Shown here: in pieces, positions 56,695 to 64,000 of the stretch | How positions within the stretch are numbered: position 1 is the first letter of the stretch | Layout: each line of letters starts with the position of its first letter | From: a virus | DNA length: 64,000 nucleotides | Direction: 5' to 3' (one strand) | Virus record (IMG/VR): IMGVR_UViG_3300007511_000004 | Coordinates: 82,557-146,556 of that record | Position numbers and translations under genes: made by a program | The notes under the pieces: model-generated | Told to the model about the DNA's origin: nothing | Databases searched by the model: none | Seen by the model: only the letters and a program-made list of their open reading frames with translations

Positions 56695-56951
56695 CCGATA
56701 TGTTCGATTTCGGCTTTACTTGCGTTGATGAATCTGAATTAGAAGCGGTTCAGGCGCTTGGAGCTACAGCCAAGGATGAAGAGACCAAGGCTGATAAGGC
56801 CCAGGATAAGCTTGATGCACTATATAATGCTGTTGTGCCTCTATTAAACAATCTTAAAAAGAATCCAGAAAAGGCCTATATCCTTTGGCCGGATCGTCTC
56901 AAGAAGGTTGAGGAGTTTGAGACTCACTTATTAGAGATCTATCGATCTTAA
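56691..56951 (+). CDS. conserved hypothetical protein
   Basis: FDFGF..VDE.EL, PLL.NL..NPEK.YI.WP.R. Confidence 0.65.
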   Translation: MTDMFDFGFTCVDESELEAVQALGATAKDEETKADKAQDKLDALYNAVVPLLNNLKKNPEKAYILWPDRLKKVEEFETHLLEIYRS

Positions 56952-57172
56952 GGGGAAGTCGAAAGAACTGATGATATAGCTGGAGCGAATGTTGCAATAG
57001 CCCAAAGAGCTGCAGATACCGCTCCCACGCCTACTACGACCCATTTCATTTTCATATCATCAACCATCATCTTGATACCGATCAATTCATTACCTAATAC
57101 CCGTAATGATAACTCCAGTTTTCCTGGGGGTTGATCGATTATTTTCTCTGGTTCATTTCCCATCTTTTCCAT
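56948..57172 (-). CDS. small membrane protein
   Basis: LE..LR.LGNEL plus TM helix. Confidence 0.55.
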   Translation of the reverse strand: MEKMGNEPEKIIDQPPGKLELSLRVLGNELIGIKMMVDDMKMKWVVVGVGAVSAALWAIATFAPAISSVLSTSP

Positions 57173-57500
57173 CCTTTTTCTTTCCTGAGTATGCTTGAGC
57201 GCCGTAGAAGGCCGCTACAATGGCTGCTACTGATACGAAGTAAGTTGGTGCCATATCTCCCAGAATCTGTCCGGCGGTCGGAATTTTGAAGATAGAGACG
57301 ATTATGATTGCTACGGGATAGAGTAGCATACCAAAAAGCGCGAACCACGCCATTCGTCTTTGCGCATCTTGCTTGGCATCTTCATTCTCCATTCGGATAA
57401 TACGTTCCGCCTGTTCCATTTCTTCATCGGTGACAACCCCGTCCCCGTCAGTATCATATTGTGCGTATATTGAATTGGATTGTAATGTTTTAGGAGACAT
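57153..57500 (-). CDS. EF-hand-like plus two-TM membrane protein (holin-like)
   Basis: DTDGDGVVTDEE, two hydrophobic helices, basic tail; CATAAATA upstream on the minus strand. Confidence 0.6.
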   Translation of the reverse strand: MSPKTLQSNSIYAQYDTDGDGVVTDEEMEQAERIIRMENEDAKQDAQRRMAWFALFGMLLYPVAIIIVSIFKIPTAGQILGDMAPTYFVSVAAIVAAFYGAQAYSGKKKDGKDGK

Positions 57501-57621
57501 AAAATTTACCCCGGATATTGCTCGATATCTTTATTTATGATGAATATTTATGATGAAAGGGGTTTACAATGGGTATGTTATATGGTATGATATACTACGT
57601 AAACAATTGAATGGATATATT

Positions 57622-58059
57622 ATGAATAATATTGCACATCGACCGTTGTTCGATACCGATAAGGTCTGCTCGATCTATGCGAAAAAAGATGGGATTCCAG
57701 TCAAATATGTATGCACCTCTGCATTAGACCAAGAGGCTCAAGCGATGGATATCTTCTATCGCGATACGCCTCATCCAATGTTCGGTAATCGATACTTCGG
57801 ATTATACATGTCTGGCGATGACTTAATGATCGCTAACGCAGATAAGATCGAATCGGCCGAATTCGGTATGAAAGAGGTCGGTGAATACTGTCATTATAGT
57901 CAACACCGTCACGATTTCTATACTGTCGGTAACGTATCAATCGACGGCGGACGGGCATACTTCCGCACGATCGGGGCAATTCATGAGAACCCAACTAAAT
58001 GGTTTTCTGTGAAAGATGGAGAGTTCGTTGAAGACACTCAATATCCGACTCATCCGTAA
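57622..58059 (+). CDS. hypothetical protein
   Basis: FY...PHP.FGNRYF, S.HRHD, IDGGR.Y. Confidence 0.65.
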   Translation: MNNIAHRPLFDTDKVCSIYAKKDGIPVKYVCTSALDQEAQAMDIFYRDTPHPMFGNRYFGLYMSGDDLMIANADKIESAEFGMKEVGEYCHYSQHRHDFYTVGNVSIDGGRAYFRTIGAIHENPTKWFSVKDGEFVEDTQYPTHP

Positions 58060-59158
58060 AGGCACTAATCTCTATAAACGTGATCGAACAGGCGGCATCC
58101 GCAAGTGGTATTATGAGATCGGGAGTGATGGAGAATCCTATGCATGGCGAGCGATCTCAGGCCTACAAGATGGTGCAAAGGTTCAATCCGGTTGGAAAGT
58201 AGTAGAGCCGAAGAACGTCGGACGTGCAAATGCTACGACCGCGGGCGAACAAGCCCGTTTCGAAGCGGAAGCGGCCGCCAAGAAGAAATGTGATACTGGC
58301 TACTTCGAAGACGTCAATAAGATTGATACGTTTACTAAATTTAAGCCTATGTTGGCATATGAGTATTCGAAGGTAAAGGATATACAGTTTCCGGTTGTAG
58401 CCCAACCCAAGCTTGACGGCATCCGATGTATTGCACGGGCCGACGGTCTTTGGACCCGGGCCGGGAAAGAGCTTGTGTCAGTACCACATATATCAAACGC
58501 ATTAAAAGAATTCTTTTCGACGAACCCTGATGCAATTCTAGACGGGGAGTTATATAATCACGACCTTCGTAATGACTTTAATAAGCTCTCGTCCTTGATT
58601 CGCAAGACGAAGCCAACCAAGGCTGATATTGACGAGTGTATGGGGGCGGTCGAATATCACGTATACGATTGCTATACCGATCAAGGATTAGAGGATCGAA
58701 TGGTCCGGCTCATTCACCTCTCTGACGATCCGGCCGTTATCAGGGTGCCTTCGATCTCATGTGACGATATAAAAGCCCTTGATGATCTATATGGTTTGTG
58801 GCTCGAGGAGGGATATGAGGGTCAAATGGTTCGTATACCCGGATCACTATACGAAGTAAATAAACGATCTAAGAACCTTTTAAAACGCAAAGAGTTTCTT
58901 GACGCAGAATTTAAAGTGTTGCGCGTTGAGGAAGGCGTGGGTAACTGGGCTGGATACATTAAGCGGTTTGTTTTAGAGCTTCCTGATGGTAGGGAATTCG
59001 GTTCGAACGTGCGAGGTACCCAGTCCATATTAAAGGAATTACTGGAAAGCAGTATTACCCCAGACTGGGCAACTTGTCGATACTTTACCCCAACACCCGA
59101 CGGAATACCTCGTTTCCCAGTGGTTACAGACTGGGGTGTGGGTGAGCGTGATGACTGA
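58016..59158 (+). CDS. 30: ATP-dependent DNA ligase
   Basis: PMLA, QPKLDGIRC, LDGELY, GYEG.M.R, LLK.K, G.PRFP. Confidence 0.93.
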   Translation: MESSLKTLNIRLIRKGTNLYKRDRTGGIRKWYYEIGSDGESYAWRAISGLQDGAKVQSGWKVVEPKNVGRANATTAGEQARFEAEAAAKKKCDTGYFEDVNKIDTFTKFKPMLAYEYSKVKDIQFPVVAQPKLDGIRCIARADGLWTRAGKELVSVPHISNALKEFFSTNPDAILDGELYNHDLRNDFNKLSSLIRKTKPTKADIDECMGAVEYHVYDCYTDQGLEDRMVRLIHLSDDPAVIRVPSISCDDIKALDDLYGLWLEEGYEGQMVRIPGSLYEVNKRSKNLLKRKEFLDAEFKVLRVEEGVGNWAGYIKRFVLELPDGREFGSNVRGTQSILKELLESSITPDWATCRYFTPTPDGIPRFPVVTDWGVGERDD

Positions 59159-59324
59159 ACCACAAGAACGTTATCATGAGTGGATCCTCCGTATGTTGAG
59201 GGAGGAACGTGAGAACTCGGCAAATCCAGACGACCCCGCGGCACTTGACAACAAGGCTGATGCTGAACAGAAAGAAGGTAAACTGTAACATAAAAATTCG
59301 AAAAAAATGCATTTTTTCATCTAG

Positions 59325-59391
59325 AGGGGGTTTACAAATGAGTCGAAAAGGCTTATATTAGTAGTGTAACCAAGGAGATACTGATATGATC
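59325..59391 (+). promoter_or_regulatory. repeated early promoter-RBS-start cassette
   Basis: 67 bp identical to 32192-32258. Confidence 0.9.
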
Positions 59392-59901
59392 GTCAAAGAA
59401 GACATCACCCCAGTGAAAAAGTATGAACTAACAGATGAAACAGTAAACTGTTTCGGTGTCACGAGGCTTGAGATATTATATCGAATTAGAGCATTAGTCG
59501 ATATTCCCGGTAAAGTGAAAGCGGGTGATCTTGGTGGATATGTCCAAGGGGAAAAGAACCTGTCCCATACCGGATCGAGTTGGATTTATGACAATGCTCG
59601 TGTTTTTGGCAATGCATATGTTTATGGTAATGCACAGGTTTCTGGTAATGCACAGGTTTCTGGCAATGCACAGGTTTTTCGCGATGCACAGGTTTCTGGC
59701 AACGCTTTTGTTCATGGTAGGATAAATGCTACTGTTGCTGGCAATGCACGTGTTTCTGGCGATGCACAGGTTTATGGCTATGTTTATGGCAATGCACATG
59801 TTTATGGCAATGCATTGGTTTCTGAGAGAGCTCTTGTTTCTCAGGGTGTTGTATCATTTGGAAGATGGCAGGGTGACCCAAAAGAGATGCATAATGACTG
59901 A
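59386..59901 (+). CDS. left-handed beta-helix (hexapeptide repeat) protein
   Basis: KYELT, LYRI.AL, GDLGG.V..E.NLS, GNA.V. repeats. Confidence 0.85.
   Translation: MIVKEDITPVKKYELTDETVNCFGVTRLEILYRIRALVDIPGKVKAGDLGGYVQGEKNLSHTGSSWIYDNARVFGNAYVYGNAQVSGNAQVSGNAQVFRDAQVSGNAFVHGRINATVAGNARVSGDAQVYGYVYGNAHVYGNALVSERALVSQGVVSFGRWQGDPKEMHND
59590..59822 (+). repeat. imperfect 18-bp tandem repeats encoding GNA(Q/H/R)V(S/Y)
   Basis: ggcaatgcacaggtttct-like units. Confidence 0.85.
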
Positions 59902-59939
59902 CCTACACCAATCAACCAAACAAACAAAGGAGGGAAAGA

Positions 59940-60209
59940 ATGATCAGTAATATGTCACTTCTTGAAGTAAAGGCTATGAAAACCCTTGTTTGGTGCCTTG
60001 CTCTATTCGCTGTAGTGGGCCTTGCGCCCTGCTATGTTTTTGGGTGGATCTGGCTCTACGTTGTTGTGCTTACAATCTCAACCGTCGTTACGGGTGCTGG
60101 GATTCTCGTATTTTTATGGGCAATCATTTTACTCATTCTTGAAACACGAGAAGCGGAGAGAAGTGGTGAGCCTGAAGAGTACAAATGGTCCCCTTTCTGG
60201 AAAAAGTAA
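59940..60209 (+). CDS. membrane protein
   Basis: two hydrophobic segments, GGAGG RBS. Confidence 0.55.
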   Translation: MISNMSLLEVKAMKTLVWCLALFAVVGLAPCYVFGWIWLYVVVLTISTVVTGAGILVFLWAIILLILETREAERSGEPEEYKWSPFWKK

Positions 60210-60234
60210 CTTTTTTTGAAAAAAGTTCATTAGG

Positions 60235-60289
60235 GGGGGTTTACAAATGAGTCGAAAAGGCTTATATTAGTAGTGTAACCAAGGAGATA
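60235..60289 (+). promoter_or_regulatory. repeated early promoter-RBS cassette
   Basis: same core as 32192 and 59325. Confidence 0.9.
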
Positions 60290-60292
60290 ACG

Positions 60293-60688
60293 ATGACAAT
60301 TTCAATCTACCAGATCCAGCTTACTGATGATCAAATTGATCAGGTCAATAAGCATGGCCACGATTCGGTTCCAGCTCAAAAAGCCCGGTTGGATGTTATG
60401 TTCGGAAGTGAGGGATTTAAACCTGAAAACTTCCGGTTCTATACTAAGACCATGTCGATCGACGTATTGGATCTCGACACCGCGTTTGAATATACTCAAT
60501 TTGGTGTTCCTGGCATCGGAAACAACTCAACCGTCCAACACTTCGTTGAACAGTTCGTTCCTAGTGTCTCCTCGACGTCAGTAGGCGACATCTTCTACAA
60601 CGATGAAACTGAAGAATTCTATATGGTCGATGCCTTCGGCTTTGCTAAAGTTGAACCAGAATATGGATTGGAATTGGAAGCAGCATGA
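60293..60688 (+). CDS. hypothetical early protein
   Basis: IYQI, L..AF, S.SVGDI, MVD.FGF. Confidence 0.65.
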   Translation: MTISIYQIQLTDDQIDQVNKHGHDSVPAQKARLDVMFGSEGFKPENFRFYTKTMSIDVLDLDTAFEYTQFGVPGIGNNSTVQHFVEQFVPSVSSTSVGDIFYNDETEEFYMVDAFGFAKVEPEYGLELEAA

Positions 60689-60885
60689 AACAACATAAAG
60701 ATTTTACCTATCGCGAATTTTGGCGAAAGGGCGAACAGCTTTGGGCAGTATACGTCGGTGTGAATATTCTTAAAACAATATGTCGCACCGAGGCGGAGGC
60801 CAAAGCCACTGCCGATATGTTAAACTACGACCCATACTTTTTTGAAAAACAAGACTGGAAACAGTTTCTTGACCAGAGGACTTAA
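60685..60885 (+). CDS. hypothetical protein
   Basis: ORF in operon. Confidence 0.5.
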   Translation: MKQHKDFTYREFWRKGEQLWAVYVGVNILKTICRTEAEAKATADMLNYDPYFFEKQDWKQFLDQRT

Positions 60886-60886
60886 T

Positions 60887-61153
60887 ATGACTAAAGACGA
60901 ACGCCTTGCGCTTATCGCATCACTTGCTCCTAAATACAACGCTCGTACCAATATGAAGAAAAAGGTTAAAGCCTCTTCTAGGCGCGCTGCTCGGTACGTC
61001 GATTCACCTGAAAGGGAAAAGGTTAAACGAGACTTCATGAGCACACCCGATGGGACTAACTGGAACCATTGGACCGACGCTTCGAAGTACGCTAAAGAGT
61101 ACTATGGCGAAGTTATGTACGAAACAACTCGCTTTGATAATGATTGGGGATAA
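60887..61153 (+). CDS. hypothetical protein
   Basis: GAGG RBS. Confidence 0.55.
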   Translation: MTKDERLALIASLAPKYNARTNMKKKVKASSRRAARYVDSPEREKVKRDFMSTPDGTNWNHWTDASKYAKEYYGEVMYETTRFDNDWG

Positions 61154-61156
61154 AAT

Positions 61157-61405
61157 ATGTCAGATCTAAATAAACGACAAATTGCAGACATGCTTAAAGA
61201 AGGTATTCGAACAGTTAAGTTTACGAAAGTAGATGGTACTGAGCGGACCATGAAATGCACACTAATGAAATCACACCTACCCGAGCAAGTTGACATCGAA
61301 GAGTATGTTGCCCGAGATCAGAACAATGAAGTTTGTGCAGTGTGGGATGTAGAAGCAGAGGGTTGGCGATCATTCCGGATCGCTTCAATCATTGAAATAG
61401 TTTAG
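61157..61405 (+). CDS. WYL_2/SH3-barrel protein (DUF2693-like)
   Basis: V.FTK.DG.ER.M.CTL, VWD.E..GWRSFR. Confidence 0.75.
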   Translation: MSDLNKRQIADMLKEGIRTVKFTKVDGTERTMKCTLMKSHLPEQVDIEEYVARDQNNEVCAVWDVEAEGWRSFRIASIIEIV

Positions 61406-61414
61406 GATATTAGT

Positions 61415-61636
61415 ATGATCGAATACCTCGAGGTATCTCCGCTTTTGCTGGCTGGTATCATGTCGGCCGTGGCGTACCTTTCATATACGATCGGTACTCG
61501 TAAGGGAGCGTCCGATCATGCCGCGATCATCGATTCGACTATCGTCTACCTTATCAGCAAAGGTTACATTAAATCTTACATAGAAGATGGCGAAGTATGT
61601 CTGGAGAAACTTGACGAAGATAATGAATCCGAGTAG
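61415..61636 (+). CDS. small membrane-anchored protein
   Basis: N-terminal TM. Confidence 0.55.
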   Translation: MIEYLEVSPLLLAGIMSAVAYLSYTIGTRKGASDHAAIIDSTIVYLISKGYIKSYIEDGEVCLEKLDEDNESE

Positions 61637-61644
61637 GAGATATT

Positions 61645-62781
61645 ATGGCAGTAGCTAAAAAACAATCTGGCAAACGCAAAAAGGTCAAAAAGGTCTTCAG
61701 TCGTCGTGCACGGACCGGGCTCCAAGCCGCTATGGTTTCCTGGGGATGGCATTATTTCTATGAATATATTCGTCTCGAGGTTGATCGGAAGGATGTTGCG
61801 TATTGTGCCAAAGCCCACATTAAGGAGCTATATAAAGGCAACAAGAAGGAACGTGATTTTCTTTTAAGCGGGCCTGAGTGGGTATATGGCACATCATATG
61901 CTTTTGTTGGTCTTCTTACATGGCGCGGGCACAACGAAGAACTTCCAGAAGGTTGGGACTTCGAAAGGGTACAGGCGTTTTTCATCAATCGTATCCGTGA
62001 GGCGTGTGAGACCAAGGCGGAACGAGATATAGAAGAAGCCAAAAAGCCCAAGAAAATATCTAAATCCCCCATGGAGATTATCCGTGAAAAAACTTCGGAG
62101 TTCATTGGGGAATGTGAGTATGCACTTGATACTCAAAATCCCGAATGGTCAGTGTACGATAAGCTTAAAATCATGAACGCTGCTTCAAATATTGCTCGGG
62201 CGACGTATGATCATTACATTCCCCTTCGGGATGAGCTTCTGGAACTAAATGGAAAGAAACCTGATCCGGATCTCGTCGAAGGCTATTCCCACTTAAAGGT
62301 AAAGGAGAGAAAAGCCCTACTCGCATACGTACAGAATATGATGGACGATGCTGAACGTTATATGGAATCAAAGAAAGCTACTCGCAAGGCTACCATTAAG
62401 ACGCCTAAATCTGCCGAGAAGCAGATCGAAAAGGTCGTATACCTAAAAGAGTCAAACGAGTATAAAGTTACTTCTATCCATCCAGTGAGGGTGGTCGGAT
62501 CGGAACGGGTATTCCTCTTCAATGAGAAAGAACGATATATCATCGAACTTAAAACCAACTCAGGGAGAGGCCTAGAGATCTCTGGTACTACTATCAAGAA
62601 CATCGACATGGGCGCTTCGAGAGCAACACGACTTCGTAAACCCATGGAGTTCTTACCTATCGTACTATCGAAGACCCCTTTGCAAATTGATAAGGAGTGG
62701 AAGAAACTTACCACTAAGCCAGCGTCCTTTACTGGGCGTATAAATAAGCATACTGTAATCTTGAAGGTATTTGATAAATGA
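61645..62781 (+). CDS. conserved T4-like hypothetical protein
   Basis: DLVEGYSH, SI.P....G, G..I.GTT, LRKP.E.L, GRIN. Confidence 0.75.
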   Translation: MAVAKKQSGKRKKVKKVFSRRARTGLQAAMVSWGWHYFYEYIRLEVDRKDVAYCAKAHIKELYKGNKKERDFLLSGPEWVYGTSYAFVGLLTWRGHNEELPEGWDFERVQAFFINRIREACETKAERDIEEAKKPKKISKSPMEIIREKTSEFIGECEYALDTQNPEWSVYDKLKIMNAASNIARATYDHYIPLRDELLELNGKKPDPDLVEGYSHLKVKERKALLAYVQNMMDDAERYMESKKATRKATIKTPKSAEKQIEKVVYLKESNEYKVTSIHPVRVVGSERVFLFNEKERYIIELKTNSGRGLEISGTTIKNIDMGASRATRLRKPMEFLPIVLSKTPLQIDKEWKKLTTKPASFTGRINKHTVILKVFDK

Positions 62782-63008
62782 TCGAACAGCAGTTTATGAA
62801 CCGAACAACTTTTACCGGCCTGGTAGAAGATGCGGTTTTCAAAAAGAATATGACGTACATCGATGCAGTAGCATACGTGTGCGAATCGGAGTCCATTGAG
62901 CCCGAGGATGTAAAGAAATTTATTTCCCCGATGATCAAAGGCAAACTCGAAGGTGAGGCAATTAGTTTAAACTTTTTACCTCGACAGAATACTTTGAACT
63001 TTGAGTAA
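62778..63008 (+). CDS. 33: late promoter transcription coactivator (gp33-like)
   Basis: F...VE..V......YIDA....CE...IE.E......S...K.KLE.EA..LNFL; position before gene 32. Confidence 0.85.
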   Translation: MIEQQFMNRTTFTGLVEDAVFKKNMTYIDAVAYVCESESIEPEDVKKFISPMIKGKLEGEAISLNFLPRQNTLNFE

Positions 63009-63079
63009 TTTTGTTATTTACAAACCTCAAAATATATTGTATAATACAGTACATATCTTAAAATACGGAGAACTAAAAT

Positions 63080-64000
63080 ATGTCATTCGCAGAACTAAAA
63101 CAGCGCCGTAAGAGCGCAATCGGAAAACTCACTGCAGCTGCTGAAGCCGTTGGTGGTGAGAAGAAGAATTATAATGATGATCGTATCTGGAAACTTCAGC
63201 GTGATAAACAGGGTAATGGTTATGCGGTCCTTCGCTTCCTTCCTGCAGCCGAGGGTAACGATCTTCCATGGAACCGTTATTGGGACCACGGATTCCAGGG
63301 CCCAACAGGTCAATGGTACATTGAGAGATCCCTTACCTCAATCGGTCAAGAGGATCCAGTAGGTCAGTTAAATGGTCGTTTGTGGAACTCTGGCATCGAA
63401 TCAGATAAGGATAAAGCCCGCAAACAGAAACGTCGACTACATCACGTTGCTAATGTGATGGTGATCAGTGATCCAGCTAATCCTCAGAACGAGGGTAAGA
63501 TCATGATCTATCAATTCGGCAAAAAGATCTTTGATAAGATTATGGATGCAATGCAGCCAGAATTCCAAGATGAAGAGCCTATGAATCCTTTTGACTTCTG
63601 GACCGGTGCAGACTTTAAGCTGAAAGCTCGTGTAGTAGATGGTTGGGTGAATTATGACAAGTCCGAGTTTACTTCATCGCGTGCTATTTCGGATGATGAC
63701 GCAGAACTGGAAAAGGTCTATAATAAGCTGTACGATCTTCGGGAGTTTACCGACCCAGGTCAATACAAATCATATGACGAACTTAACACTCGTCTAATGA
63801 CCGTATTGGGTAATACTGTTAATGGTGGTTCTACAACTATCCGAGAGGAGACCCAGCTGGGCGTCGAAGAGGCACCACGCGAATTCCGGGCAGAAGACGC
63901 TGATGTACCTACAGAAGAGGTTTCATCATTTACTTCTGCCGATCAGGATCCGGGTGAGGAAGATACCCTGTCCTACTTCGCTAAGCTAGCCGCCGGTTAA
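63080..64000 (+). CDS. 32: single-stranded DNA-binding protein (gp32)
   Basis: D.R.WK, GNGYAV.RFLP, HGF, WYIE, GKKIFDKI, PFD.W.GA.FKLK, NYD.S.F, acidic tail. Confidence 0.96.
   Translation: MSFAELKQRRKSAIGKLTAAAEAVGGEKKNYNDDRIWKLQRDKQGNGYAVLRFLPAAEGNDLPWNRYWDHGFQGPTGQWYIERSLTSIGQEDPVGQLNGRLWNSGIESDKDKARKQKRRLHHVANVMVISDPANPQNEGKIMIYQFGKKIFDKIMDAMQPEFQDEEPMNPFDFWTGADFKLKARVVDGWVNYDKSEFTSSRAISDDDAELEKVYNKLYDLREFTDPGQYKSYDELNTRLMTVLGNTVNGGSTTIREETQLGVEEAPREFRAEDADVPTEEVSSFTSADQDPGEEDTLSYFAKLAAG

Noticed and set aside
59590-59822. Tandem repeats as a possible CRISPR or DGR element, and Met/His-rich alternative ORFs
   Set aside because: They are contiguous 18-bp coding repeats without spacers, explained by the hexapeptide beta-helix protein.

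Overview
A 64-kb segment of a large T4-like myophage genome. It carries gp43 polymerase, uvsX, gp41, rnh, ligase, gp33 and gp32, TATAAATA late promoters, and a repeated GGGGGTTTACA-N17-TATA(A/T)T early promoter. A permuted two-piece tmRNA, a DUF1127 protein, a SleB-type hydrolase and a TIGR02594-like peptidase suggest an alphaproteobacterial host (inference). The standout locus is uvsX. It is fractured by a split intein whose halves are separated by an HNH endonuclease gene and a small ORF, and it also carries an ORF-less group I intron two codons after the intein's C-terminal junction. Making UvsX would therefore require RNA self-splicing followed by protein trans-splicing. Other notable items: (i) a dCMP-type thymidylate-synthase homologue coupled to an asparagine-synthetase-like amidotransferase, a candidate base-modification pathway; (ii) a 5.3-kb radical-SAM/Fe(II)-2OG-oxygenase/sulfotransferase cassette between perfect 52-bp direct repeats, preceded by a kissing-loop RNA leader; (iii) a late-expressed pilin/chaperone-like exported-protein cluster; (iv) KDO and glycosyltransferase islands; (v) a CCA-ending non-tRNA RNA in the tRNA cluster; (vi) an antisense early promoter aimed at the spanin genes. 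All calls come from reading motifs by eye; no database searches were run.
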